Shown in pieces: positions 44,820 to 56,926 of a stretch of DNA of 64,000 nucleotides. Location of the stretch: contig CAVXZB010000084.1 of assembly GCA_963765895.1 (NCBI GenBank), positions 384,001 to 448,000 of the forward strand, given 5' to 3'. The notes beneath the pieces are model-generated. The model made no database searches. It was not told where the DNA came from and worked only from the letters and a program-made list of their open reading frames with translations. The stretch comes from an uncultured Nitrososphaeraceae archaeon. Lineage in GTDB: Archaea; Thermoproteota; Nitrososphaeria; Nitrososphaerales; Nitrososphaeraceae. Position numbers and translations under genes: made by a program. Numbering within the stretch: the first letter of the stretch is position 1; each line of letters starts with the position of its first letter.

Positions 44820-45458
44820 TCACTTGACTATTACAAAGGATCTGACGATTTTCTCTATTGCTGGGAGGTGTTTGAGGTATTCAGGTTTTGCCTCAGAATA
44901 TGATATTGTATACGCAGTGTTACCTTTTATAGTCCATATATTCATTGATTGAAATTCTGATGACATGGATAATAGGCTAGAGAACGTGTAGATAATTTTG
45001 TGTGCAGGGACTCCAGAAAGTACGATATTACTAGAATTTATCATGTGAAATCCAGGCAATCCCTTTGCAATCTGTAAGTTTTGATTGGTTAAGGACTTCA
45101 AATCACTATTTTTACTACTAATATTTTCAATTGACAAGGTTACGAACGGCATTAGTTGCTGATGTTCGTTTTCTACCGCTGGCATGAATTCAACGATATG
45201 ACCATTAGACGTTACGTTCTCGATGGGCTTCCAAGATATTGGATGTAAAATTTGAATTCCTGAATTAGGATTTTTATAAGCAACAAACTTTGTTGAATTG
45301 TAATCTATTGGTGCTGACATATTCATGGATGATGGTGACATATTCATTTGCGCCTTTAATATTTGGAAAAAATTAGGGTAGGATAGAGTAATTAGTAGAG
45401 CCACTGATAGCATAATAAATACTATTGTACAATGCGAGAGATACAATTTCTTATACAA
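44820..45458 (-). CDS. Secreted PsbP/Mog1-like protein
   Basis: YKNPNSGIQILHPISW, LSGVPAHKIIY, IWTIKGNTAYTISY..YLKHLPAIEKIVRSF. Confidence 0.8.
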   Translation of the reverse strand: MYKKLYLSHCTIVFIMLSVALLITLSYPNFFQILKAQMNMSPSSMNMSAPIDYNSTKFVAYKNPNSGIQILHPISWKPIENVTSNGHIVEFMPAVENEHQQLMPFVTLSIENISSKNSDLKSLTNQNLQIAKGLPGFHMINSSNIVLSGVPAHKIIYTFSSLLSMSSEFQSMNIWTIKGNTAYTISYSEAKPEYLKHLPAIEKIVRSFVIVK

Positions 45459-45691
45459 CGAGTAATTCTTGTGATTTCATATAACTTTTTTCTACCTAAC
45501 TATGTCAATTTCGATATTACGATGTTCTTATTGCACTAGGAATTGCTTCTTGTTCGGTGAAAGTACAATCTCAAATCCATGAATAACCCATCTGTTTTAG
45601 ATTACATGATTTAGTTCTTCCTTTCTTTTGGTTAATACCTTTATCCGTTCTCATTCTAGACTGTGCTGGTAAAGGACTTGATTTGAGTTGA

Positions 45692-48039
45692 TCAATCAAT
45701 GTCGATTGAACGAAGTAAATTGAGTGCAGAACCTGCCCGAAACCATCTCAATTGATCATCGTTATATGAATGCTGTAAATGTATGACTTCATCTCAGACC
45801 GCTGCTGTGATGTAGCGTACATCTAACAGGTTGTTTGGGTTTGAGCCCTTCTAAACCTGATATACTAAGCCTGTCATCTTCCAGAATCTTATCATAATCT
45901 AATGGATCTATAAAAGTCAAGGCGAGTATACCCTGTTTTTTGAGATTAGTTTCATGAATTCGGGCAAAACTTCTTGCTATCAGGGCTACGCATCCTAGAT
46001 ATCTCGGTGTCATGGCGGCATGTTCCCTGCTACTACCTTCGCCATAATTTCTGTCTCCTATAATGATCCACTTTAGACCTCTGTTTTTGTAATCTCTAGC
46101 AATATGTGGAAACGATTCATTCTTACCATTAAGAATATTCTTGCCAGTTCCAATTTCCTCGTCATGGTAGGCATTGACTCCACCAAGAAGCAAATTATCA
46201 CTAATCTTATCTAGATGACCTCTATACATTAACCACATCCCAGCAGGTGAAATATGATCGGTGGTACATTTTCCCTTTACTTTGGCCAATACCGGTAATT
46301 TTACGAAATCCTTACCATCCCATTTTGGAAATGGTGCCAGTTTTTGTAATCGATCACTATTGTTATTAATTACTACCTCAATCTTTTCCGGCTCTATCGA
46401 TGGTGGAAGATAAACCCATTCAATATCTTTAAAGCCAGATTGCGGAAATTCTGGGGCTACCCTAGGAGGAATAAGATTGAACTTGGTTCCATCGCTTGCA
46501 CTCAGTTGGTCATTAATGGGGTTGAAAGAAAGCCTTCCTCCCAGCGCGAGTGCTATAACAAGCTCTGGACTAGCGATAAAATTCATAGTATTTCTCTTTC
46601 CATCATTTCGTCCTGGAAAGTTTCTGTTATAGGATGTGACGATTGTATTGGGTTCATTTTTCTTAAGTTCAGGCCGCTTCCATTGTCCTATACATGGACC
46701 ACAAGCATTTGCAAGGACATTTGCACCGATTTTCTTTAGCGACTCCATCTGGCCATCTCTTTCAATAGTAGCTCGAATCATTTCAGAGCCCGGAGTTACT
46801 TGCAATGGCACCTTCGTTTTAATTCCTCTGGCATGTGCTTGTTCTGCTACGTCAGCAGCACGGGACATATCTTCATAAGATGAATTTGTACAGCTCCCAA
46901 TCAACGCTACCGAAATTGAGTCCAGGTAGTTATTCTTTTTTACATCATCTGCCATCTTTGAAATAGGCCTTGCAAGATCAGGAGTATGAGGACCTACAAC
47001 ATATGGTTCGAGATCAGATAGGTTGATTTCAATTAATTGATCAAAATACTTTTTTGAATTTTCTCGATCCTTAGATATATCCTCTTCTATTTCTGGATCT
47101 TGGATTAGTAGGTCGATATGCTTATTTGCAATATTTGCTATTTCTGCTCTTCCAGTAGCTCTAAGATAAGTGTCCATCTTTTCATCGTATGGAAACATCG
47201 AGGAGGTAGCTCCTATTTCAGCTCCCATGTTTGTAATCGTAGCTTTTCCTGTACAACTAATTGTTCTAGCTCCTGGCCCAAAGTATTCGATTACAGCATT
47301 TGTTCCCCCTGACACAGTCAATTTGGATGCCACATAAAGTATAACATCTTTTGGAGAGGCCCACTTGCTCAGTTTTCCTGTTAGATACACTCCGATACGT
47401 TTTGGATATAATAATTCCCAAGCCATTCCAGCCATTACTTCAGCCGACATCTAGACCGCCTACTCCAATAGCTACCATCCCGAGACCTCCGGCGTTTGGA
47501 GTATGCGAGTCAGTTCCTATCATTAGACCTCCAGGGAATGCGTAGTTTTCAAGAACTACTTGATGAATGATTCCCGCTCCGGGTTTCCAGAAGCCTAATC
47601 CGTATTTAGCTGCCGCAGATTCTAAGAATTGGTAGACTTCATTATTCTCATATATAGCGGCCTGGGTATCCGATTCACTACCTACTCTCGCCTGAATCAG
47701 GTGATCACAGTGAACCGTGGTAGGGACAACAGTTTGCATTAGACCGGCCTGCATAAATTGCAGGATTGTCATTTGTCCTGTAACGTCCTGTAGGGCAACC
47801 CTATCAGGATTTAGAAGAACATAACTTGTACCAGGAATCAATTTGTCATCTTTGTAGGGTACCATGGTGCGGTCCAGGTGCCCAATCAAAATTTTTTCAC
47901 ATACCGAAAGTGGTCGATTGGTAATTTTTCGAAATGATGAGATATTGTTATATAATTTTCTGTATACGTTGTCTACTAGGAAAGGTGTTGTTTTAACATG
48001 AATTTGAGGTTTGGAACTAATTGTAGCATTCATTATCAA
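45692..48039 (-). CDS. acnA: Aconitate hydratase (mitochondrial-type AcnA), indels at ~47447 and ~45795
   Basis: DRVALQD, HCDHLI, GTDSHTPN, IGSCTNSS, ACGPCIG, NRNF, TTDHISPAG, GSSREHAA; repaired end WFRAGSALNLLRSIDID*. Confidence 0.95.
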
Positions 48040-48329
48040 GCATTATTATATATCATCCATATTTCAAATAGGTTTTCTTATATCCAAAATTTTATAGACT
48101 AGTAAAACACCATATAAACAAGGATTTTTATTCGACTCGTAGAAAACGGTTATAACCCTTCGAAAAAATGTCCCAGGCGATGATTAGAAATAAGCCAATA
48201 TCATTAAGCCTTAAAAGATTAAGATTCATACGTTTGTGTTAAGTGTCACAGGTACGATTGAGATTACTTCAGAATTTAGATTATCTTCTTGTCCGCGCCA
48301 TTATTTAAGTTTCACTTTTTATACACTAT

Positions 48330-48701
48330 CTATCTATTGAAACTTGACACATGGATTGAGCGCCTCTCCATTATTGCCTTCAAATCGAATACTATCAACA
48401 ATCCTTGCAGCACATAGCCGCCGACGATCAGTACAACCGCATTTATCGGTTTTTCAAATGTCGTCATAAGATGGACATGCGGTGGAGCAAGGCTGTTACC
48501 TATGATCACTATAAATCCAACTGGGATACATGCGTATAGCGCCTTACTGGATTCCTTCCAGACTAGATATGTTAGAATAATGAATAAAAGCTCTAACGCT
48601 AAAGATCCATAAATCAATTTCGGATTTCCAAATGGAATTGCAATTAAGCCTATTATTGAAATGCACAGCAGAGTAATGACTGTAGCCCTATGATAGTTCA
48701 T
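48330..48701 (-). CDS. Small four-TM membrane protein
   Basis: Hydrophobic segments flanking GNSLAPPHVH. Confidence 0.7.
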   Translation of the reverse strand: MNYHRATVITLLCISIIGLIAIPFGNPKLIYGSLALELLFIILTYLVWKESSKALYACIPVGFIVIIGNSLAPPHVHLMTTFEKPINAVVLIVGGYVLQGLLIVFDLKAIMERRSIHVSSFNR

Positions 48702-49075
48702 ATCGTAGTAAAGTAGCAGATTAAGAAATAAAACTTTCTTCTGATGGTTTAGGTGTTAGAATATATTTGTAATTGGTATACAATGATGCCTGGCTCTATT
48801 TGTATTTGTAAATGCGTTAGAATGAAATTTCAACAGTTCTTTTTTAAGGGCAGAATATCGCTTGAAAATCAAGACTATTTGATGAATATGACTTGATTAT
48901 AGGTATTTTGTATACCAGAGAATGAACACTAGTGAGGCCATCAGAAGGATACTACATACAAGGGGTAGTTTTATAATAATTCCTGCATGAATTTGGAAAA
49001 TTATTCGCTAAATTAGTTTATTATATATGATGTTGTTATAGCCTCAATTTAGAATTACAGAAAGTGTAAGTACTA

Positions 49076-49563
49076 ATGAGTAGACTAAAAACACGTCATA
49101 TTTGGTTATTATGGTTTGCATCTGTCTTCCAATGATAGCGACTAGGCGTCCGATACCACAGGCGATCCCAAACTCCACTACTACCATGGCCACTAATCAA
49201 AATCCTTCCAGTTCCGGCGATATAACATTCTATTTGTTCACTGCAAAACACGACTGACTTAATGAAATTAAACTAGGATTTCCAGCAGATACATTTTACC
49301 AAATGTGCTGATTGCCACTAAGGGCGATAATATAACTATACATTTCTATAACCTTGATACAACAGACAAGCATACCTTTACAATAGGAGCACCATATAAC
49401 CTTAGTGAGTACATAGTACCTCATCATAATGAAACACTTACATTTAAGATAAATCAAGAAGGAATTTTTCGATTCTATCTACTTATCATCAACTAATGAT
49501 GGCGGGATAATTTACAATGCTAGAGCCATCTACCGTAGAAAAGGTCCTTCACCTATACTCTAA
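49076..49563 (+). pseudogene. Degraded secreted cupredoxin
   Basis: FYLFTAKHD*LNEIKLGFPADTF / VLIATKGDNITIHFYNLDTTDKHTFTI..QEGIFRFY / TYHQ..M.G*; in-frame stops and the ligand Cys codon is lost. Confidence 0.7.
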
Positions 49564-50651
49564 CTGGGCTCGAATAACCGAAATGTTGCTTCCAAATAAT
49601 CGGAACAGCTAAAGCCCTTATACAACAATTTTATTGATTGAAAATGCAAGAGTATGACAGGCAGCCAAAAACAACAGCAAATTATTTAAAACATAAACCG
49701 ACCGATTCTCGAAGATATGTGGCTTTCTATCCAGGACTGACATCTAGGATCCGGACAGCCTCGTAGTTTGCCCTTACCATCACAGCGTTGGACTCCTCGC
49801 CAATCGTTTGGAATCAGCGACTACCTATTTCTCTATGATGACAACCATACATTTCCTAGGACATCGTGGGCCTTTACCCACAATGCAGATCTGTATGATG
49901 GATCATTCCTCTCTTTCGATCAGTCGGCTTCGACGTTAGTATTATCTTGTCGAATCGACCTATTATACTTTTATTGAATTTATCTAAATATTTTTAAAGT
50001 ATAAAATAAACCTAATTTTAATATTTATTCTTGTATATAATATTCAAACTAATTAACGTGACATCTAGGTTTTTATCGAAAATAGTAGCATTCTATGAAT
50101 TTAAATATGGTTTTGAAGAGTTCTTACGAATTAAGGCGAATATATTCGGAAGAATATACCGTCACACATAGCATTTGGAATCAGTCTACGATTAGTAGCA
50201 GGCCTTCGTAGAGACTCGACCGACCTTAAGAGAACACCTACGATAAAAGATCCTAAGAAGGATCACCATATGCATATCCTAACAGACTTCATTTTTCTGC
50301 CCGTCAAGATAATAGAATATGGACTTAATCTCTTATTTGATTTTTGAAACAGCTGCTAAAATATAATTCAAATAACAAAATCCATTTTCACTCCTATACA
50401 GATTTGATTTACGCGACTAGACATGTATAAAGTGTACATATATGTTATATAAGGCAGATATCCAAATTTATGAGATAATATTGAAGTTTGGATAAAGGAC
50501 TCTATATAAACAATTTTTGCTCTACACCTTAGGTCATTACAAATAAGCAATTTCAGACTTTTCTCCGGTTAATGTCTTGGGAGGGGAGTAACTCAAGCTA
50601 ACCCAAAAAGGCTTAAAGAATAGTATCTATTCTTCGTATGCTGAGCGAATT

Positions 50652-51701
50652 GTGAGAATAAAACTAATTTACAACAATTGTCGTTATAAATCTAGGACTA
50701 CAGGCATACTCGGTGCTGCCCTCATTATCTTAGTGTTGATACTATCGTCAACATCAGTAAAAAATGGCTATGCAATTCCACTGCAACCTTCATCTTCAGA
50801 TCAAAACGGTAAAGTATTTGTTATGTATGCAGGCTCACTTGCAAAGATATTTGAAGAAGATCTCGGTCCAGCATTTCAAACTAGAACAGGTTACATATAT
50901 ACTGGAGAAGGAAGGGGCTCATTACAAGTTGCAAATATGATAATAGATGGTCAGAGAAGACCAGATGTCTTTGTCAGTGCAGGTACAATTCCTATTAACA
51001 AACTGATCAACTCGACTAGTAGTATTAAAGGTAAATCATCACCCGCACAAGGATTAGTTAAATTCGCATCGGCGGAAATGGTAATTGCATATTTGCCTAC
51101 CAGTCGATTTCATGTAGACCTAGATAAGGCAAAGAAGGGACTTATCCCCTGGTATCAGGTCTTATCTGAACAAGGCTTCAAGTTTGGAAGGACGGATCCT
51201 GATTTAGACCCGAAAGGATACTATACGGTAATCATGTCCAAACTCTCTAACTCATATTACAAGGATGATACTATTAAACAAAGAGTCTTAGGAGAGGATA
51301 AAAATCCAAAACAACTATTTCCAGAGGAAACTCTTATAACCACTCTGGAGACTGGCCATCTAGATGCAATAGCTGCATACAAACATGAAGCAATAGCAAG
51401 AGGACTTCAGTATATAACGCTACCCGCTCAGATTAATCTTGGCAATCCGTCTTTTTCTAATCTTTATAAAACAGTTACATATAATTTGCCTAGTGGTCAA
51501 ATGATCCACGGTGAACCAATCTATTTTTCGGTTATAATACCGAATACTTACCAAAATCTAATGGGAGCCAAAGCTTTTGTCAAGTTCTTACTATCGCCTG
51601 ATGGTTCAAGTATCTTACAGCGAGATGGTTTGGACCGCATCAAACCTGTTGCCCAAGGGCAAATGACAAAGATCCCTTTTACAGGGAGTACATCTCGTTG
51701 A
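50652..51701 (+). CDS. Tungstate/molybdate-type ABC substrate-binding protein (WtpA/ModA-like)
   Basis: MYAGSL, GRGSLQVA, DVFVSA, GRTDPDLDPKGY, YKHEA, LPAQINLG; no permease nearby. Confidence 0.85.
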   Translation: MRIKLIYNNCRYKSRTTGILGAALIILVLILSSTSVKNGYAIPLQPSSSDQNGKVFVMYAGSLAKIFEEDLGPAFQTRTGYIYTGEGRGSLQVANMIIDGQRRPDVFVSAGTIPINKLINSTSSIKGKSSPAQGLVKFASAEMVIAYLPTSRFHVDLDKAKKGLIPWYQVLSEQGFKFGRTDPDLDPKGYYTVIMSKLSNSYYKDDTIKQRVLGEDKNPKQLFPEETLITTLETGHLDAIAAYKHEAIARGLQYITLPAQINLGNPSFSNLYKTVTYNLPSGQMIHGEPIYFSVIIPNTYQNLMGAKAFVKFLLSPDGSSILQRDGLDRIKPVAQGQMTKIPFTGSTSR

Positions 51702-52030
51702 AACTTTTGATTCGATTTTTATTTAATCAAAAAGAGGCAAAGAAAGGAGTTTAGGGATTCCGTTGGGATCGGCGTGTCTAGAGGTACAAGCTAAAATAAA
51801 TGTAAAAGGTGGATGGATAGTATTGATTGATTCCTTGATTTGAAAATACGTAATTATCTATTTCGCAGATAGTGTATCGCACAGGCCTATTCTGACACTG
51901 GCGTATCTAAGAAAGTAAAGGAAGATGGGAAATTGGTGAATAATTTAGGATATGGTATTATGAACGATAAGCCGTACGATAATATTTCAAACCTATATCG
52001 TAGTAATCAAGATATAATCTCTTGTTATTT

Positions 52031-53566
52031 TCATGCCACATCTTTGACAGTTAATGGCGTCATCTTGATTGCAAGGCGTCTCATTCTAATAGCTAGAATG
52101 ACACATACAATTGCCATTACAAGCCCGAGTGCAAAAACAATGTTAAATGTCACAGGGCTAGGGTAGCTTTTCTCAACATTATCAACGGTAATAGGGATCG
52201 TGACAGATGTTAGAATTACAGTTGTCACGACTGGGCCTATTGCACCTCCTACAATCCTCATCATGTTTGTAATAGCTGAGGAGATTCCAGTATATTCTCT
52301 TGGCGTAAATGAAATAGTCGTGTTGATTAACGTGTTTGGTAAGAGTGCTCCAGCAATACCAAAAACAAAGAGGCTACCATTAATACCTTGTGATGAAGAG
52401 TGGAAAAATAAAAGTAACAAGAATGAAACGGCGGTAATTCCTATACCTGGTACCAGCAACTTTAAATTGAGCCCTCTTCTTTTTGCTACCAACAATCCGA
52501 AAACTGGTCCAAAGATCATCATTGACAATCCAAAAGCCAATTGTAGAAGTCCAGTGTGGATCGGGTCCAGTCCTAACCCAGACGGGACAGGAGCAGACCC
52601 CAACTGTGGTATGCCTGTTATAACGAAATACTGTAAAATACCAAACATCAGCATCATGATGTTCCCAGTAAAAATCACTGGATGAAAAACTAACTTCAAG
52701 TTCACTATCGGAGGCTTTATTCTCTTCTCCACAATTAAGAATAGTATAAGAAAAATAACCCCTATTATGAGAGGGACTAGAAACGCTAGCAAGTTTGTAG
52801 CAAGAGATCCACTAAATGTTATTGCTACTAGAAAACTGACGAGTGTCACAGTCAATATTACAATACCAATAAAGTCTATACCTTGCTTTTTATTCTGCTT
52901 CTTATCCTTCTTAGGAATGTCGCTTGAAGCTTTTTGTTCAATGTGATCATGTTCATGTATCTTTTTACCCTCGTCTGCATGAAGGAACCTCCAGCATGCA
53001 AATAACAAAACTACTGCAATAGGAGCACAGAGATAGAAATTACCCTGCCATCCTGGGCCTGCAGCAACAACAGGTCCTAGCACAGCTCCCAGTGCCATGC
53101 CGCCAGAATAAGCCGCGAGATATATGCTCAAACCAATAGGGAATTTAGTTTTTGGGACTTGATCTCTTATCAATTTAGTTGAAATTGGGGTGCTAGCGAC
53201 GGCTACCCCCTGAAGTACCCTGAGAGCAAGAAGAACCGATATATTAGGAGAAAAAGGAGCCAAGATAGTTCCCACGGTAAAACAGATCATCATTATCATT
53301 AGCATTTTTTTGGCACCGAACAGATCCGACAATCTCCCCATAATCACAGTCATGACAGCTCCACAAACCATGTATGCTGTCATTACCCAAGAAGCAAGAG
53401 ATTGAGAAATTTGAAAGTCCTCAGCTATACTTGGAAGAGATGGTGACATTGCGGTATTAAGATAGAGAAATATCACTATAGTACCTGATAATATCAGAAT
53501 AGTTTTCCACGCATTAAACGAGATATGTTCTGGAGCAGAAGGTCGGATATCGGCACTTGCAGACAA
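52031..53566 (-). CDS. MFS transporter, 14-TM DHA2-like
   Basis: MGRLSDLFGAKK, LRVLQG, GAVLGPVV, many TM helices. Confidence 0.92.
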   Translation of the reverse strand: MSASADIRPSAPEHISFNAWKTILILSGTIVIFLYLNTAMSPSLPSIAEDFQISQSLASWVMTAYMVCGAVMTVIMGRLSDLFGAKKMLMIMMICFTVGTILAPFSPNISVLLALRVLQGVAVASTPISTKLIRDQVPKTKFPIGLSIYLAAYSGGMALGAVLGPVVAAGPGWQGNFYLCAPIAVVLLFACWRFLHADEGKKIHEHDHIEQKASSDIPKKDKKQNKKQGIDFIGIVILTVTLVSFLVAITFSGSLATNLLAFLVPLIIGVIFLILFLIVEKRIKPPIVNLKLVFHPVIFTGNIMMLMFGILQYFVITGIPQLGSAPVPSGLGLDPIHTGLLQLAFGLSMMIFGPVFGLLVAKRRGLNLKLLVPGIGITAVSFLLLLFFHSSSQGINGSLFVFGIAGALLPNTLINTTISFTPREYTGISSAITNMMRIVGGAIGPVVTTVILTSVTIPITVDNVEKSYPSPVTFNIVFALGLVMAIVCVILAIRMRRLAIKMTPLTVKDVA

Positions 53567-53816
53567 TTTAAAAGTGTCGGGAATTGGGCATATTTAAGAT
53601 TATGCATCACGCCGTCATAAGATATAAAATACCTTGAATAGTAAGTCAGAAAGTAAAACCGTGCAAACTCGCCAGAAAATTCAATAAAGCTTGAGTGGCA
53701 TGCTATCTGCATAGATTTCCTATTATGATCGGAATGAGTTAGCAGGAGATGTTTATATATTACACTTTTTAAATGCTAATTAGCAATTAAAGCCAAGTTA
53801 AAAGATAGAACTGCTA

Positions 53817-54314
53817 ATGAGTGTTGAAGATTCGGCTATCGCTAAGTCTGTTGGAGAACAAGAAGAACAGGATAGAACGCCTGCAGATATGGCACTTTTG
53901 CAAGTTATACAAAAAGGGAAGAAGATCTCAAAACATGACGCTGACTATCAGGAACTTGAAGGCAAACCAGTCTCAGGGGAGAGTTGTTCAAAATGCAAAT
54001 TTAATCTAGGAGATGAGAAAAAATGTCATCTTGTTGAAGGAGAAATCAACAACGAATACGGGATTTCGAAATTCTTTTCTGCTAAAGGAGTAGGCATGCT
54101 ACCAGGTGATACCGTTTGGTATTACATAAAAAGGACAGGAAAAAAACTTCAATATGATGCAGGAGACGTAATTGATAAAGGGGCTGACGGATTTCAATGC
54201 AAAGATTGTAAATATTATTTATATTACAAAAAATGTTTATTAATTAACGGAGATTTTTTACCTGAGATGAGTTGTGGATACATTGTAAAAATTGGAAACG
54301 GAACAGAATTATGA
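53817..54314 (+). CDS. Tandem HiPIP-like Cys-rich protein
   Basis: ADYQ..P..GESCSKCKF..KCHLVEGEI..GISKFF and FQCKDCKYY..KCLLINGDFLPEMSCGY follow HiPIP spacing. Confidence 0.7.
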   Translation: MSVEDSAIAKSVGEQEEQDRTPADMALLQVIQKGKKISKHDADYQELEGKPVSGESCSKCKFNLGDEKKCHLVEGEINNEYGISKFFSAKGVGMLPGDTVWYYIKRTGKKLQYDAGDVIDKGADGFQCKDCKYYLYYKKCLLINGDFLPEMSCGYIVKIGNGTEL

Positions 54315-54782
54315 AGTAGTCAAGATAGGGTAATCTATTGTGGTATAATAAATATATTGCAAGTAAAAACGAGTAACAATGTAATCCTCGAACTAAGTTT
54401 ACAAAAACTAAGATGCGGCTTTAATTATTTTCTTAGTTTAAAGATAAATAAATCGGTTATAACTATGCAATGATTACTATTACAAGCATACAATAAATGT
54501 TTTTCATAGAAATTTAGATGCGCATATCTTTACTAATTGGAATGATAGATCTAACCTGTATAAAAATAGCAGGTGTCCAAATGCTATGCAACCAGTCAAA
54601 TTTAGTGCATTGTTAACGAAAAAACTTTGCTTCATATCGTGACTTAAATTCATCCCCCATTCTACGCATCCCATACAGCCGATAAATCTGAACAGGGAGG
54701 AGCATTAAACGAACACGATTTTTTCCAAATAGAACATCAAGATTTGACTTAAACCTTTTAAAGACACTGCACGACACCAGAA

Positions 54783-56591
54783 TTGCTGCTGGGCATGGGA
54801 TTTGTAAATAATAATGGAAATGACAAGGACAAACATATTTCAATAAAAACCAAGAAAATGGCTATTATTTGCATAATAATTATTATCGCAGCATCTTATG
54901 GCGTATTCTTTTTCCTTCAAAATAGTACAGAAGGAGATATCAAAAATAGCCTGTTTGCTGATCAAAAACAACGGCAGACAGAATCTACGAAAGCTATCTC
55001 ACAGCATATAAACTCAGATCTCAATTTGGTTTTGGCAAACCTAAAAATTCTTGGAAATTATGGTCATGTTCAGAATGGTAATCTTTTTAATATTAATGTA
55101 AGAAATTTAATGCAAGAAATCTATGCTCAAATTAATCCCATAGCAGACAGGCTCTTTATAATGAATCAAAATGGGACTATAATTCTAGAGAAGGCGCAAT
55201 CAGATGAACAAACACATATTGGTAGAAATATTTCCAAATTAGCCTGGATTACCAAGTCCAAAATTGACGAAGCTCCCACTTTTTCTAGTGGCTATGTAGG
55301 ATTAGATGGTATATACAGAATCGGTATTACTTACCCCATTATTAATAGAGATACTGGACAATTTATAGGATTGGTTGGAGCCGCCATACCGTCCATGAAA
55401 TTCTTCTCTCACTATGGAAACCTTTATGATATCGATTTTGGTTTTTTGGCAGTTTATGATATTAATAGAAACTACATAGCGACTCCAAGTACCCACTTTA
55501 TGGGAAAGAATTTTTTTGGAAACCAGGTCCAAAACTTTTTCCATCAGAACGACATTCAAAATCATCTGTACCACACAGTATTCTCAGGGCAGCCAAGCTC
55601 TGCAATGTATAATTTTGGAAGCGGTGAGAAGTTAAACACTGGGTATCCTATTTCTCTATTGGATAAGCCAACGTACTTTGTCTTTATCGTAACTCCAACT
55701 TCGGTTATTTACACTCATGTTGATGAAGTTCTTTACGATCAAAGAATCGAGACATTTTTACTTCTTGCAGGTATTACTGCCGCGATAGCCACGCTGATAA
55801 TATTTCTCATCAAATGGAATAGTAGTCTTTACGATGAAGTAGCAAAAAGGACTAGAGAATTACATAAGGCAAATAAGCAATTAGATCTCAATGCTAAAAC
55901 TCAGAAAGATTTTATCAATATAGCAGCCCATGAATTGAGGACACCCACACAAGCTATTGTAGGATTTGCGGAATTGGCAAAGCTTGATAGTGAATATTTA
56001 AATGTTGACAAACGCAAGGGCGGGTTTATAGATATAATATATAGAAACTCTATACGTCTCCACACACTAATAAAAGACATACTGGATATAACAAGAATTG
56101 AAAGTAATACACTGATACTTAACAAGGAACGATTTAATATATTAGATATAATCCACAATTCGCTTAAAGATATTTCGAGCCACTGTGATAATATTTATTA
56201 TATGGTAAATATATCGTTGGAGGAATCAGTAGATCCCTTATATGTAGTGGCAGACAGAGTAAGGATATATCAAGTCGTTTCAAATTTGTTGACAAATGCA
56301 GTCACATTTACTAAAACGGGGACCATAACAGTAAAGGCTAAAGTTAAAGAAAATACAGGCGATGGCCAGGTTATTGTGAGTGTCAGAGACACTGGATCTG
56401 GAATAGATCCTGAAATAGCACCACGACTATTCACAAAATTTGCAAGCAAATCAGATTCAGGAACAGGATTGGGATTATACATCTCAAAAAGTATTATTGA
56501 GGCTCATGGAGGAAAAATTTGGGCTGAAAATAACTCTGATGGAAGAGGGGCAACATTCAGTTTTACATTACCGTTGAATAAGGCGGAATAG
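54783..56591 (+). CDS. Membrane sensor histidine kinase with Cache-like extracellular domain
   Basis: Two TM helices flanking ~280 aa; AAHELRTPTQ, NLLTNA, DTGSGI, GTGLGL, GATFSFTLP. Confidence 0.93.
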   Translation: MLLGMGFVNNNGNDKDKHISIKTKKMAIICIIIIIAASYGVFFFLQNSTEGDIKNSLFADQKQRQTESTKAISQHINSDLNLVLANLKILGNYGHVQNGNLFNINVRNLMQEIYAQINPIADRLFIMNQNGTIILEKAQSDEQTHIGRNISKLAWITKSKIDEAPTFSSGYVGLDGIYRIGITYPIINRDTGQFIGLVGAAIPSMKFFSHYGNLYDIDFGFLAVYDINRNYIATPSTHFMGKNFFGNQVQNFFHQNDIQNHLYHTVFSGQPSSAMYNFGSGEKLNTGYPISLLDKPTYFVFIVTPTSVIYTHVDEVLYDQRIETFLLLAGITAAIATLIIFLIKWNSSLYDEVAKRTRELHKANKQLDLNAKTQKDFINIAAHELRTPTQAIVGFAELAKLDSEYLNVDKRKGGFIDIIYRNSIRLHTLIKDILDITRIESNTLILNKERFNILDIIHNSLKDISSHCDNIYYMVNISLEESVDPLYVVADRVRIYQVVSNLLTNAVTFTKTGTITVKAKVKENTGDGQVIVSVRDTGSGIDPEIAPRLFTKFASKSDSGTGLGLYISKSIIEAHGGKIWAENNSDGRGATFSFTLPLNKAE

Positions 56592-56716
56592 AATATCAAC
56601 TTATAGGAAAGGTTATCTCTATTTGTATTTGTTGAGACTCTTCATAGTATATTGCCATGATTTTGGCAGCAACAATAACAACAACAGACATAGCAACCGT
56701 TTGCTCTCCTGACATC

Positions 56717-56926
56717 TTAGAGCCTTCCCCTTACCTTATCGATACTGCCTTTACCCTTGTAGATCATGTAGCCACCGATTGCCATAATTATAACTCCTAG
56801 AAGGAGGTACTGTCCTGCAAAGATCATATGCATGTTGGTGGCAAATACAACAAATAACAAAAACAAGCCTACAATCATGATAATGGTCCCAAGGACTACA
56901 CCCACTATACCTGCTGCTTTGCCCAT
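56717..56926 (-). CDS. Small two-TM membrane protein
   Basis: 69 aa, two hydrophobic helices and a basic tail. Confidence 0.65.
   Translation of the reverse strand: MGKAAGIVGVVLGTIIMIVGLFLLFVVFATNMHMIFAGQYLLLGVIIMAIGGYMIYKGKGSIDKVRGRL

Noticed and set aside
49700-49940. Possible degraded glyoxalase/VOC gene on the minus strand (IIQICIV..)
   Set aside because: Too decayed to support without a database search
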